The notes beneath the pieces are model-generated. The model saw nothing but the letters and a program-made list of their open reading frames with translations, searched no databases and was not told the DNA's origin. A program made the position numbers and the translations under genes. Of a stretch of 64,000 bases of DNA, positions 25,435 through 38,620 are shown one piece after another. This DNA is from Vicugna vicugna (taxonomy: Eukaryota), in assembly GCA_013265495.1 (NCBI GenBank), contig MU058384.1:4575239-4639238 (forward strand). The letters are read 5' to 3'. The first letter of the stretch is position 1. Each line of letters starts with the position of its first letter.

Positions 25435-25563
25435 AAATTTCTGTTTTTGTTTGTTTGTTTGGGGGTGTTGTTTGTTTGTTTTTTAGGGGGAGGTAATTAG
25501 GTACTGGGGACTGAATCCAAAATCTTGTGCATCTACCATTTGAGCTATACCCTACCCCTCCCC
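25435..25563 (-). mobile_element. Vic-1-type tRNA-derived SINE (internally deleted)
   Basis: Antisense of gggagggtagggtatagctcaa...cagtccccagtacc...taattacctccccc. Confidence 0.8.
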
Positions 25564-25686
25564 TTTCTAACATAAGCATGTAAAGCTGTAAATTTCCATC
25601 TAAGCACTGCATTAGCTGCATCTCACAAATTCATAAGGCTTTTTCATTATCATTCAGGAAAAAATTATCATCATAATTTCTTTTAC

Positions 25687-26258
25687 GACCAAAGTCCCTA
25701 ATAAGATATACAGGGACGCGTGGGATCTGGCCCCTGCTAACCTCATCTCTGGCATATCCTTTTTTCTTAGTGCATTTCACTCATGGCGTCCTATAAATTC
25801 CCTATTTTAAGAGGCTCCTTTTAATCTCTGCACTGTTGCTTATGCCATATTCCTTCTGCCTAAATACTTCCCACTCCTTTCGTCTCACTCTTAATCATCC
25901 TCCTTGATATGAGCTGAAATATCATTCTCCCAGAGAAGCTAGAAGTTCCTTAGGACTGTGTACTCTGCCTAATTTCACTTACAACAATTCTAATTTCACA
26001 ATTAATCGCACACTTTGTTGGTTATGATCTATTCCCAAAGCAACTCTGATTGCTCCTGGAAGGCAGAGAATGTATTTGTTGTGTTTACCACTTTATCTCC
26101 AGCATTAAAACATGCTGAAAACAATTGGTGAGATAAATGAGTAAATGAATGAATACTTAAATTTGCTACTTTGCTACAGTTCTCTTCGTTAGGAATAGAA
26201 TTAACATAATCATTACATAAAAGAAACCTGAATTTCTATTTAATTTTTTGAATTAATT
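25687..26258. repeat. Inverted duplication arm 1 (copy of 28690-29274)
   Basis: Reverse-complement match over ~570 bp with long identical runs, e.g. ttcactcatggcgtcctataaa / tttataggacgccatgagtgaa. Confidence 0.95.
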
Positions 26259-27002
26259 TACCTTTATTCCATTTGTCTTCTCTTGCCTTATTTTTGAATA
26301 AAGTCATTTTTAGTATTCACTCTATTCCTATCTTTTGACTCTTTTGAAATGCATTTTTGTTTTTTATAGATTTCTCAGTCTAGAAATAATATGTCTTTAA
26401 GTTTTCAACGTTTACCCTAAAATATTGTGCTACTCTGCAAAAAATGTAAGAATCTTATAGCTATAGGTTTATAATTGTAAAAATGTTCCCCTTTTCTGAC
26501 CATTGTGCTCTATTTTATTCTACATATGTGACAGACCCAATAGACTTATTATTTTTATTTTACATAGTCAATATATCTGAAGAAATTAAAATACCATTTT
26601 AGTATTTTTATTTTTTATTAATAGATTGTTTTAGTATCTTTATTTTTAATACACACATACATTAACCAACTATTTATCCTTTCTGAGCACTTCATTATTT
26701 TCTATAGATCTAGAATTCCATCTGATACTATTTTTCTTCAGTCTGAAAACCTTCTTTCAGCATTTTGTGTAGTGCAGATTTACTGAAAATTAATGCTCTC
26801 AGCTTTTGTCTATTGGAAATATTTTTGGCTTTTTTTTTTGCTTCAATTTTTAGGATATTCTTGTTGGACATAGAATTCTAGAATGCTTTTTTTTCTTTCA
26901 GTGCTTTAAAGATATTATTTTACAGTCTTCTGGCCTATAAAGTTGGTCATAATTCATTTTTTTCCATATGTAATGTGTTTTTTTTCTCTGCTTACTCTTA
27001 GG

Positions 27003-27139
27003 GTGTTGTTTTCTTTTTATTTGGTGGGGGAGGTAGTTAGGTTTATGTATTTATTTTTAGAGGAGGTACTAGGGATTGAACCCAGGACCTTGGGTATGCT
27101 AAGCATGCTGTCCACCACTTGAGCTATACCCTCTCCCTC
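27003..27139 (-). mobile_element. Vic-1-type tRNA-derived SINE
   Basis: Antisense of gggagagggtatagctcaagtggtggacagcatgcttagc...ggtcctgggttcaatccctagtacctcc (A and B boxes). Confidence 0.9.
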
Positions 27140-27362
27140 CTCTACTTACTTTTGAAATTTGTTATTTATTTTTGGTTTTCTGCTATTTAAGTGTGATGTA
27201 CTGATAAGTGATTTCCTTTATATTTTTCCTGCCTGGGGTTTATATGAATAATGGATAGAATCTTTCTAGGAAATGCATTGTACAAACCCAAATACATTAA
27301 ATAGAATGTAGTGAGGAAGATTTTTCTGGTCCAGACACTCTACTAATTCAGGTTTCTTTTAC

Positions 27363-27759
27363 CAGAGGGTAAAAGACTCCAGGGCTCAATAGGTCTCTGA
27401 CAGCTCCAGGCTATAACTCTGTTAAATCAAGGAGGCTGGTAACTTCCAGAAAACAAACTGCCATTCTAAAAAAGATAAGACCAAACTTTTAAAATATGTT
27501 GAGCTCTTCCATTATCATCAGGAAAATGTGATGTCAGACAAATAATTCAAACCAGTAATTTGAGTATCTGACATTTTGGTGGGGATTTTGTTTTGGTTGT
27601 CACATGTTCATCTCTTGGAGCTAGTGAGAACAAAGCATTACACTTTCTATGAGCATAGTAGATCGTTCTAGTCAAAATATTCTTTAACTGATGCAGTCAT
27701 GTCCAGGCAACCAGCAAGGAGTTAGCCATCAGCAGCGGACACCACAGTAGTGCATCATC
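27363..27759 (-). pseudogene. Pseudo-exon, lectin-like
   Basis: Follows a 76 nt GTAGGA...pyrimidine-rich...CAG intron. Reads CTTVVSAADG*LLAGCLD.../RTIYYAHRKC. Donor CTG|GTAAAA. Confidence 0.45.
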
Positions 27760-27835
27760 CTGGATTTGTGGCGTGTGGAAAGAAAGAGAAGACAAATAGA
27801 AATAACAAAGATTTTAAAGGCATGTTCTTTCCTAC

Positions 27836-28218
27836 CTCTGATTTTGGATTCCCCTCTGATAAATATCTCCTTCATTTTTCAGAAATATAGTGGGGTGAAG
27901 AAACCTCACAGATCGTATCAGGAGTTTAATTTTTAATCTTCATACTTAAATAGTAATTGATCAGACTTGACAACTTTTCTTTTGAGATTACTAGTTAACC
28001 TTAGTGATTTCAAGCTGAAACAACAATATTCTTTAATTTTGCCAGAACTGCTAATTAATTTTTTTTGTCTTGACATAGATTCAGTCTGGAAGGACTTAAG
28101 CCAAAGTGAACATCCTGTGAACCCTGGATGAACAGTGCATTTACATCTGGATATTCTGATTGAATTTGAATAGTGTGTTCTTGTATCCCAGGAGAAAAGA
28201 GCTAAGTTCATATCTATG
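27836..28218 (-). pseudogene. Pseudo-exon containing an EGF-like motif
   Basis: ORF 27933-28301 contains SRCKCTVHPGFTGC (EGF CxCxPGFTG). Acceptor aaccag, donor GAG|GTAGGA. Confidence 0.5.
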
Positions 28219-28689
28219 CTGGTTTGTATCCAAACGAAAACAAAATAAATATTAATTTTGGCATATAAATTTATTAAAATGATATATTTTGGTATTTTCA
28301 TTTATAAGAAATACTGATTTCAAAATGTCATTTTCTAGGTAGTAGGGAGAAAAGTAAAACTATAAAATGGTTTTTCTGTTTTCCTTGTACATTTTAAAAT
28401 TATGCCCTGCAATAAGTAATGGTCACTGAAATACTGAACAGCTGCAGTGCGTATCTCAAATCAATATTTATATTTGCTCTTACAAATAAATGGATGAGTT
28501 TCCATGCCAATAAATTCAAGCCACATATAATTATTTTTATAACTTAAAATTCCACATTTTTTTAATTTGCTATGTATTGAAATTGCATTTTATCATGTAG
28601 AACTTATAACACACTTGAGATAATAGGGTAGACATCATTTTTAAAAAAAAGTTTTAAACGTTGGTCAATTTGCTTAATATGAAACATCT

Positions 28690-29274
28690 AATTAATTCAA
28701 AAAACTGAAATAGAAATTTAGATTTCTTTTATGTAATGATTATGGTAGTTCTATTGATAAAGGTGAGAACTATAGCAAAGTAATGAATTTAAGTATTCAT
28801 TCATTCACTCATTTATCTCACCAACTGTTTTTAGCATGTTTTAATGCTGGAAATAAGGTGGTAAACACAACAAATACATTCTCTGCCTTCCAGGAGCAAT
28901 CAGAGTTGCTTTGGGGATAGATCATAACCAACATAGTGTGCAATTAATTGTAAAGTTAGAATTGTTGTAAGTGAAATTAGGCAGAGTACACACAGTCAGT
29001 CCTAAGGAAATTCCAGCTTCTCTAGGAGAATGATATTTCGGCTCATATCAAGGAGGATGATTAAGAGTGAGATGAAAGGAGTGGGAAGTATTTAGGCAGA
29101 AGGAATATGGCATAAGCAACAGTGCAGAGATTAAAAGGAGCCTCTTAAAATAGGGGATTTATAGGACGCCATGAGTGAAATGCACTAAGGAAAAAGGATA
29201 TGCCAGAGATGAGATACCCAGAGATGCCAGATCCCACACATCACTATATATCTTATTAGGAACTTACTTTGGTC
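28690..29274. repeat. Inverted duplication arm 2 (donor; L2 end plus flank)
   Basis: Reverse complement of 25687-26258. The L2 it belongs to continues beyond it to ~29800. Confidence 0.95.
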
Positions 29275-31144
29275 TTTATCTTAAGAACAATGTACTGGTG
29301 ATTATTAAGGAATCTCAAGCAGGGAGAGGCATGATAAGATTTTGCATTTTAAAGGTCACCCAATTGGCGACATAGTGGAGAATATATCTGACTGGTTAAT
29401 AGTATATGAGGAAGACCACACAAGAGCATTCTGGAAATTCAGCACCCCGAAAAGAGAGTAGTCTGACAAGATACAGATACAGAATAAGAGCGATGTCCAA
29501 TTTAGTGATATTTAGGAAGGAGAATCAACAAGAATTGGAGATAGATTAAACATGGGGGATAAGGAGATTGAGAAAAGAATGATCCCAGGTTGCTGCTGTG
29601 TGCAGTTAGTGGATACTGGTGTATTTCTAGGGTAGCCGCACTAGGAGTGGCTCACAATTTGCTTTTTGAGTGGTGGGGAAGGAGAAGAGGCACAATCAGG
29701 AATTTGGGTTTTGGCATATTGAGTTGAATGTACCTATGGAAAGTTCAAGTGGAGACAGTGAGTAAGCAATTTTATACACCCAGGACCAAGAAGAGACATG
29801 AATTTGACAAAAGAAGTGAAGCCTGTAAGCATATGAGATTGTCTCAGCAGGGTTTCTCAACAGACCTGCAGATTCCTAGGGTCTGTGAGATATCACCAGT
29901 GTTCCTACATGAAAGAATGATTGAAAAAAATATCAAGCATCAGTTTTTGAACTTCATATGCTGTACGATGTGATGGGCTATGACTAAGCATTCCTATTAG
30001 CAATTTTGTTAGAGAATTTTGGGCCCCATACAGCAGTAGACAGCAGGATAGTGCTCATCAGGATGAGTCCATGCTCAGATTTTGATGACAAGTTGGAGAG
30101 GCCTTTGAAGTCTGATGAGTGCTATTGCTGCACAAAGGAGAGGAGGGTGGGAGAATGAAGTCAGACCCTTCCTTCTCAAATTCCCTTCTGCAATTCCCTT
30201 TCTGCACAGCCAACCGACTTAAGAAAGCACATAAACTTTACTGATGTAATAGAAAATCAGAGCGAGATTGTCATTCTAAAGAAGACTCTTACACACACCA
30301 ACAGTAATGTACCCTCTGCCACTTGCTGTCATAGTAGAGGCTACACAATGTGGATTATGTTGGTTAAAAGTAAACTGTACTGTGAGATTTAACACATTTC
30401 TCAAGATCTTCTCACTTAGTTATTGTGCCTTTCTGTTTTATATTTTATTTGCATTTGTTTCACAAATATAGCCTGATGGTTAAGAAGGGTGATTTCTGAA
30501 GATGAGGTATGAGATGGAAAAGAGGCTTCTAGGCTTAGATCTATGGACAGTTTTGATAAAATTAATGATGAGGAGTTACAATCTTTTGAGTTCATAAACT
30601 GCACAAGGACAGCAAAGGACCCAAAGGAAGTTCACCTTTGAAACAAAAGCAACTTAATGTAAATGAGTTTTACATCCCAGCTGTCCTATCCATTGTGTCC
30701 CGTCTGTGGCACACAACTAAAAAGGCAGCAGTAACTCTAGCAAAATAGAAAAAACATATAAAAATCAGAGCTGTCTGACAAGGAAAGATGCTGGTTTTAA
30801 AAAAGCAATTTGAATCTCAGACAAACAGGATAAAGATTTTGGTTAAAAAAAAAGTCATATTCAATGAAAAGCTCAGAAAGAAAAGTTATTTAGGAATTAT
30901 CAAGAGTATAATTTGTAACCTAAAAAAGGAAAAGTTGCATAGTTCATGGGAACTTAGTAATGAGAGCAGGTCAAAGTATAGTCAGTAAAATATGAGGATG
31001 AGATTCCACGCAAGAAATTGAAAAAGTTCCACTCTCAACTAGTAAGATATGTTGACACATTGATGATTTGCTACTTGATGCTAAAGAGGTTTTGTATAAT
31101 AAGCTAGAAAACAACAGCTTCTCTATCCATCTATTATTATTATT

Positions 31145-32030
31145 TTAAATTATTTTTTTGAAGTATAATTTACAATGTTGTATTAGTTTCAGGTATACAG
31201 CAAAGTGATTCAGTTATACATACATACACACACACACATATGTATGTATTCTTTTCAGATTCTTTTCCATTATATCTTATTACAAGATATTGAATATAGC
31301 TCCTGTGCTATACAGTAGGTCCTTGTTGTTTATCTGTTTTATATATAGTAGTGTATATATGTCAGTCTTAAACTCCTAATTTTTCCCTCCCCCGCACTCC
31401 TTTCCCCGTTGGTAAGCATAGTTTGTTTTCTATGTCTGTGAGTCTATTTCTGGTTTGTAAATGAGTTCATTTGTATTCACTTTTTCTAGATTCCACATAT
31501 TAGTGATATCATATGACATTTCTCTTTCTGTCTGATTACTTCACTTAATACGATAATCTCTAGGTCCATCCATGTTGCTGTAAATGGCATTATTCTTTTT
31601 AATGGCTGACTAATATTCCAGTGTATATATTATACTACATCTTCTTTATCCAGTCATCTGTCGATGGACATTTAGGTTGCTTCCATGTCTTAGCTATTGT
31701 AATTAGTTGTGTTATAAACACTGAGGTGCATGTATATTTTCAAATCAGACTTTTTTCCAGATGTATGCCCAGGAGTGGAATTGCTGGCTCATATGGTAAC
31801 CCTATTTTTAGTTTTTTTAAGGAACATACATACTGTTTTCCAGGGCTGCACCAATTTACATTTTCACCATGCACATAAGAGGGTCCTTTTTTCTCCACAT
31901 CCTCTCCAGCATTTATTATTTGTAGACTTCTTGATAATGGTCATTCTGACCAATGTGAGGTGATACCTCATTGTAGTTTGATTTGCATTTCTCTAATAAT
32001 TAACAATGTTGAGCAACTTTTCATGTGCCA
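31145..32030 (-). mobile_element. 5'-truncated L1
   Basis: Antisense ORF2 end and 3' UTR. TSD tatccatctattat at ~31124-31137 and ~32037-32050. Confidence 0.95.
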
Positions 32031-33624
32031 ACTGTATATCCATCTATTATCTTGATAAGTAAACACATTTCACAAATAAGCATCTGGTTGTAGAATTTGT
32101 ATGATTTGTAAATAATAGTGAAATTTAGGAAATTTTTTTCTACTACAAGTGTTGCCCAAAACAAGTAAAGGACAAGATACATTTGATATTTATGTTCATA
32201 ACAGAAAACAGAAGTTGTATTTTGTAAGAACTGCCATTGGCATCTCTGTTGATGGTGCCCCTGGAAGATTCACATTCACACTGATAATACAAAATACTGA
32301 TTTCTTTCCAGAGAGGGTGTCAAAAACTCTTGAATATAAAATGAAAAAATTATCTGGATGATACTCCAAAAATGATTACTAAACAAAGACATGGTTCACT
32401 GAAGGAAGTTTTAAGACAGTCTGAAAATATGGAAAGGGAGCATCTACACCTTCAATATACAGAAATCCGGGGGCTTATCAAGGAAACAGTTCTCAACAGG
32501 GTGTTTGAGCTGAAAGGGAGCACTGTAGGTATTAGAAGGCCAGATTTGCTGACTGCTTTGAAGACAAAGAATGGCTGCAGAAACTAGACTACTTAGCATT
32601 TTCCATCACATTACCCACCTAACAAGTCTTTGTAGATCCAGGAATTTTTTTTTTTTAATTTCAAGTGAAAAGGTTCCTGAATTTAAAATAAATCAAATCT
32701 TTAGGAAAAAACATTGCAAAAGGAAATTTTAAAATATTTCAACTGCTACTTGGGTTTGAGGCTTGGAGGTGATCTGAGCAAGTCTCAAGCCATAATGAAA
32801 ACTATCCAGAGAACTTCATAATAACACTGAAAGTGTTTTTCCTTTTAATCCAAGTGTGCGGCTATATGAGGGACTCTTTTCCTAGATTTCATTCTCAGCA
32901 TGAAAATTTGAATTTGAGATAAAGAGGAATAACTTTGAGCTGAATTTTGTTTATATTCTCAGGATGACAACAGATGAGTCTGGATTTCTGTGGAAGCAGA
33001 GTGTCCTGTCACTTACAGGGAAGTAATGATCATTTTGCTGTGGTTTTAATTTCTTTCATTTATGAGTGTTTCTTATTTAATCAGCATCAAAAAACAAAGA
33101 CAGAAGTTGTCTGATTACAGTTGATAATGAAATACATGTATGCTTATTTTTAAAACTTGACTCAGAATTGTGTACTTTTGCAGCAGAAAACAGTTTTCAT
33201 GTTACATATGTAAATTTCATTCTTTTGTTTGAACAAGTTTTAATCCAAATACAGACCTATAAAAGAGAATAAGAAACCAATACATCTGCATAATAATATT
33301 GTAACTGCTAGGTCTATATTTGAGCCTAATCATGTCACTTAGTAAGAAAATATTATGTCAAAGTCTTATGTAAAAGACTTTGGGCTTCATATATATATAT
33401 CCTAAGGTATATTTCATTTATATTGCTTTGGTTTATAATTTTAGGAGGTTTAATATTCAGCTCTGGCAATAAATCTTCATGTTATAAATAACAATTAAAA
33501 TTAATTTACAAACTTTATTTAAATTAAATTGATCAAGTCTACCTTTAAAAAAGGAAGTCTCATTTTGGCTTAAAAAAGTTATTTCATAGAAATTTATTCT
33601 GATTACCTTATGAGTGTTAAAAAT

Positions 33625-34760
33625 TTTTTAACATTTTTTATTGAGTTATAATCATTTTATAATGTTGTGTCAAATTCTAGTGTAGAGCACAATTTTTCAG
33701 TTATACATGAACATATACATACACTCATTGTCACAATTTTTTCTCTGTGAGCTACCATAAGATCTTGTTTATATTTCCCTGTGCTATACAGTATAATCTT
33801 GTTTAACTATTTTACATTTGGAAATCCCAGTCTGTCCCTTCCCACCCCCTGCCCCCTTGGAAGCCACAAGTTTGTATTCTATGTCTATGAGTCTGTTTCT
33901 GTTTTGTATTTATGCTTTGTATTTTTTTTTTAGATTCCACGTATGAGCGATCTCCTATGGTACTTTTCTTTCTCTTTCTGGCTTACTTCACTTAGAATGA
34001 CATTCTCCAGGAACATCCACGTTGCTGCAAATGGTGTTATGTTGTCAGTTTTTATGGCTGAATAGTATTCCATTGTAAAAACACCCCACATCTTCTTTAT
34101 CCAGTCATCTGTTGATGGACATTTAGGCTGTTTCCATGTTTTGGCTATTGTAAATAGTGCTGCTATGAACATTGGGGTACAGGCGTCATTTTGAAGTAGC
34201 GTTCCTTCTGGATATATGCCCAGGAGTGGGAGTCCCAGGTCATATGGTAAGTCTATTCCTAGTCTTTTGAAGAATCTCCATACTGTTTTCCACAGTGGCT
34301 GCACCAAACTGCATTCCCACCAGCAGTGTAGGAGGGTTCCCTTTTCTCCACAGCCTCTCCAGCATTTATCATTTGTGGATTTTTGAATGATGGCCATTCT
34401 GACTGGTGTGAGGTGATACCTCATTGTAGTTTTGAATTGCATTTATCTAATAATTAATGATATTGAACATTTTTTCATGTGCCTATTGATCATTTGTATT
34501 TCTTCCTTGGAGAGTTGCTTGTTTAGGCCTTCTGTCCATTTTTGGATTGGGTTGTTTGTTTTTTTCTTATTAAGTCATATGAGTTGCTTATATATTCTGG
34601 AGATCAAGCCTTTGTTGGTTTCATTTGCAAAAATTTTATCCCATTCCGTAGGTTGTCGTTTTGTTTTACTTATGGTTTCCTTTGCTGTGCAGAAGCTTGT
34701 AAGTTTAATTAGGTCTAGGTCCCATTTGTTCATTCTTGCTTTTATTAACACAAAAATACC
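33625..34760 (-). mobile_element. Young 5'-truncated L1 with open ORF2 C-terminus
   Basis: ORF 33930-34442 (170 aa; [12 protein letters not shown]...HCWWEC...TWKQPKCPS) is uninterrupted. TSD gagtgttaaaa at 33612-33622 and 34763-34773. Confidence 0.97.
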
Positions 34761-35196
34761 ACGAGTGTTAAAACTTTTCAAAAAAAAAAGCAATTAATTT
34801 TGTTAAGGGAAGCTAAACTTAATTACCCTTTCTTTTTTCAGTAAAGGTAAACTAAAAAGTCATTTTGGGCCATAAATGGGGGGGAAACACTGTTGCCATA
34901 CACTATATATATCACATCTAATTAGTATCTTGTAGAAAACTGTAAAAAATCTTTCAGGTCTTCTTGGATGAGGTTTAAAAAATTCAAGTAAGAAACTTCA
35001 AAAAAAAAGAAAGAGAAAAAACTAAAGTTTATTTTATGACCATTCAAGTTGATATCCTTAGTGAGAAGGGGAACTACACAAAATGAATAGGCTGATAATT
35101 AGTTGGCCAAAATAAACATATCCATAGGAAGACTATCATTCTCTCCTCAAAGAGCATTAACATTATTATTACAACTTACTGATCATGCTAACTTAC

Positions 35197-35264
35197 CAGG
35201 AGTTGTAGGAATAATAATTTTTATGTAGGAATTCCCTCAGACCAGAAAACTATTGAATAAAGTT
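35197..35264 (-). pseudogene. Pseudo-exon, C-type-lectin-like (WSDG motif)
   Basis: ctctttcccctag| and CTG|GTAAGT. Reads ELYSIVFWSEGIPT*. Confidence 0.5.
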
Positions 35265-35269
35265 CTAGG

Positions 35270-35900
35270 GGAAAGAGAAGCGATTTAGGACTGAAGTTTG
35301 AGGTTCAGTGCTTACAGATCAGATGGACGAGGAGTCACTGATAAAGGGGAATGAGGAGCAACTGGAGAGCTGGCTGAAAATCCAAGGCTCTAGTGTTATG
35401 GGAACCAAGGCAGTAGAGATTTCCACCAGGATAGAGTGATTAGCTTTATTATACTTTGGTAAGAGGCCAAGTGATGTGAAATATTAATAATGTGTGCTGG
35501 ACTTAGCATTGATGGGAGAAGTGATTAATGACTTTAGTTTACTCTTTCAGAGGAAGGTTAATTAGTAAATGTGAGCTAAGGAAATGGAACCACTGAGTAA
35601 AGACAACTGTTTTGTCTCTGTGCTATTTGTTGCGTGCAGGTAAATAGAAAGAGTTAGAGTTGTAACTGGAGGGAATGAAGAGACTTTTTAAAATAAAAAG
35701 ACTTGTATGTTTAAATGCTGATAGGAAGGCTCCCTCAGAAAAAGAGAAAGAGAAGAGAAACAGGATAATAGAAGATCTAAGAAAGGCATGGAATTCTGAT
35801 TACAATGGGAGGACTGGCCATGTGACAAGGAGGGTCACCTCCTCTACTGCAATGAGAGAAAGTGGGAACAATTGGTACAAAGGCAAACAGGTTTATAATG
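35270..35900. mobile_element. L2 fragment
   Basis: Purine-rich L2-like sequence (gtgttatgggaaccaagg, tgtttaaatgctgataggaagg). Confidence 0.5.
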
Positions 35901-36949
35901 TGGAAAGAGTGTTAGGTTGAGCCGATTGGAACCCCATCTTTTAAACTTAACTCTATGCTCTCTCCATTACGTAACAGTGCCTCAGTATAAACAAAATGAA
36001 ACTTTCAGGTTTAAAGTAATTGCATTTTACAATATTCATATCCCTCTCCTTGCTTTCCCTCCCTATGCCCTCTCACTATCCTTCCTTGCTCCCCCTGTTT
36101 CCAAGGGACCAAGAACAATGAACTCTTTTAAGGTTGTTAAATAGGGTCAACATGTCAAAGCGCTTTGTGGACTTCTGTAGTCATGAACATATTTGCCAGG
36201 AATCATAACCACAATCAGGCTTTGAATAAGAACAGAATCCATATGCCACTGCTCTTATCAGGCCTTAAATAAAAAAGACGGGGGAAAAGCTCTGAATTCG
36301 AGTACATACATGTCACTCCCAGTTCTAGCACTGTTCTAATTTCCTGTACCATGTCAGTGTATATTGTGAAAGCTTTGGCATTTATAAGGTGCCTGGTAAT
36401 GAAAATTATTTGTACTTTTGAAAGAGGGTAGGTAGGGATATGGAAAGTTAAAGATTAATTATTTCTTCAAAGCAGGAACAAAACCTGGGCTACTATTCAA
36501 CTCCTCACTTTAATTTTGATTTTAAACTTGCTTTTAAAATCACAACAAAGTGGACAAGTAAGTAATTCTTTATGTACAGCACAGGGATTAAGACATCATT
36601 TGTTATCCTGGAGTGCTTAACATAGAAAACAAATTCCTCTAAATGAGAATGTGTATCAGGAAAACAGTTCCATTATAAAGAAATATTTTTGACCAAAGAA
36701 TTTTAGATTTTCATGGCTACAAAATATCTAATTAGATATAAATAAAACATTTAAGTGCATTCATTTGTTAATACATCTAAAACTTTACATTTCAATTGAA
36801 AGTTTTTTAAAAGGTAACTTTTTTTGAATAAATTGAACCATGTCAATATATTTTGAGTTTTCAGGCTAAAAAGGTTGAAATATCAACAATTACATAGGAT
36901 TCAACCTAATAACACAAGCACTTGGCACATGATAATCACATGATAAATT

Positions 36950-37195
36950 CTTATTTATGGAGAATGGAGAAGTCTGAGAATTCAGCATGTTTTCTACTCT
37001 ATCTGGGAAATGCATTAGAGAAAAGTACATCGTCAGCAAGCCAACTTCAAATATTCACCACAACAGTGTATGATTGCAAATTAACTACTATACACACACA
37101 AAAACTTATAATAATCCAAAGAGTTCTTGACAGTTTCTAAGAGTGTTCATGAAAATCAACTGAGGACAGTCCAAAGTAATCACTTGCTTAGCACT
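36950..37195 (-). pseudogene. Pseudo-exon, C-type-lectin-like core
   Basis: Acceptor gcgtttctag. Reads C*ASDYFGLSSVDFHEHS*KLSRTLWII.../WLADDVLFSN. 3' end uncertain. Confidence 0.5.
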
Positions 37196-37273
37196 CTAGA
37201 AACGCCCGCATTGTAGAGGTCAATGAAACAATTAGCCAAAGGGAGAAAGATCCACGCTTAAGGATTTACTTAC

Positions 37274-37380
37274 AATTACTAAAAGCAACTTTGTTTTCTT
37301 TCCAATTTCATTTTCAAATGGAAGGAAAATAAAACACTCGGAAAAGTCCATGAGCCACAAAATAAACAAAATGTAACTTT
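37274..37380 (-). pseudogene. Pseudo-exon, C-type-lectin-like start
   Basis: Donor ATT|GTAAGT opens a 78 nt intron to the next segment. Reads VFYFPSI*K*NWKE (cf. CYYF...KxNWxEA). Confidence 0.4.
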
Positions 37381-38620
37381 CCACAAGGAAATATTGAACT
37401 TAAATTTGAAATATTATTATACATCATCTGACAATTTTTAATTTAGACATAATGGGAATTGCAGTTTTCAAGCAATTTGAGAATTTAGATTCTAGGACTA
37501 GGTCCCAATGTAAACTGCAGAGCACCATTCCTCCTACACACACACAGCCCACATCACCTTACATTATTTTTTGTAGCATGTATCACTATTTAAAATAAAT
37601 TTTTATTGACTAAATGGGTGATTATTCATTTAAAAATATTTATTGAATCCTTACATGTGAAAATAATAATCTTTGTTTCTTAATCATAAAACATTTTTAG
37701 CAGATGAGAGCTCTAATTCAGGATACAGAAAACTTTTCTGTCCTTTTGATCTCACTGTGTTGAAAATACAGACTGCATTATGTGATAAAAGCCAAATATA
37801 TTAATCATGTATTTTGATAAAGCCATCACAAATGACTAATTTTTAACAAAAATTTTTAAAAGCCACATGTGTCCATTTTTGCAAGCAAGACTGTGCCAAG
37901 ATGCCTCAGTAACTCTTCTAGTTGGTCACTTTCGAATCTGGGCTCCCACAAAAGATTATGCACACTGTGCTAAACATCATACATGCCTCCATCTCATGTA
38001 ATCATCACAAAAATTCATTGTAATAGGGACTATTATTTATCCCCGTTTAACTCATGGGAAATTGAAGCTCAGAAAAAAACTGAAGCTCAAAAAGGTAGTA
38101 ACTTCCCTAAGACGACATGACTGACAGGTGACAGGACTGTAATCCATCTCCACGCCACATCCCAATCCCTGCCTTTAATCTTTATGTTATATGACCTCTT
38201 ATTAATAAATAAAAGAGAGAGATGTTTAAATAATTGAAAAATATATGTTTTCCTATAGCTTCAATCTATTTCTTGGTATATGGTTTTTTTCATACCATGT
38301 TTAAGAACTTCAAAGGTTTACCCAAGTTCCTGGCCCTCATCCACAAATCATTCTCTCTGCCTCAGAGCTGTGGCCTACAGCAGTTCCCTTTCACTAGAAT
38401 GACTGTATCTTTCTCCCCACCTAAAACATAGCATTACGCCTTTCTCCTCAACTCTTCACAAGAGTCTCCTCAGTGAAGTGATTCCTGAGTAGCCTTGCCT
38501 GACTCCAGGGCAAAATAATGTCTTCTTATCACTACTGAGCACCACCATATTCCGAGGCAGCTAAGGCTGGGTCTGTCTTTGTTTTTCTCCCCTGAATGAG
38601 GTGGTCCTTGTCCTCTCTAC

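Larger units (their letters stand above)
25300..27240 (-). mobile_element. Old L1M fragment, interrupted by two SINEs and an inverted duplication arm
   Basis: Antisense L1 motifs (aaatttccatctaagcactgcattagctgcatctcacaaatt; ggacatagaattcta; gtcttctggcct). Confidence 0.7.
29848..34892 (+). mobile_element. Long decayed hAT-Charlie/Buster transposon, interrupted by two L1s
   Basis: 5' CAGGGTTTCTCAA and possible 3' GAAACACTG termini. Transposase remnants IGISVDGAP (ORF 32149) and HLQYTEIRGL...VLNRVFELK (ORF 32372; cf. HTEVRWLSRG.VL.R.FEL). Confidence 0.75.

Noticed and set aside
27892..27922. Histone H3-like GVKKPHR coding match
   Set aside because: Only ~17 nt, and the flanks show no H3 similarity; probably chance.
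33930..34442. Longest ORF (170 aa) as a host gene
   Set aside because: It is the C-terminus of L1 ORF2 in a 5'-truncated insertion with TSDs.
36140..36395. Further minus-strand pseudo-exon(s) (APYKCQSF...; KPDCGYDSW)
   Set aside because: Suggestive, but the implied intron is only ~46 nt and the motifs are too weak to call.
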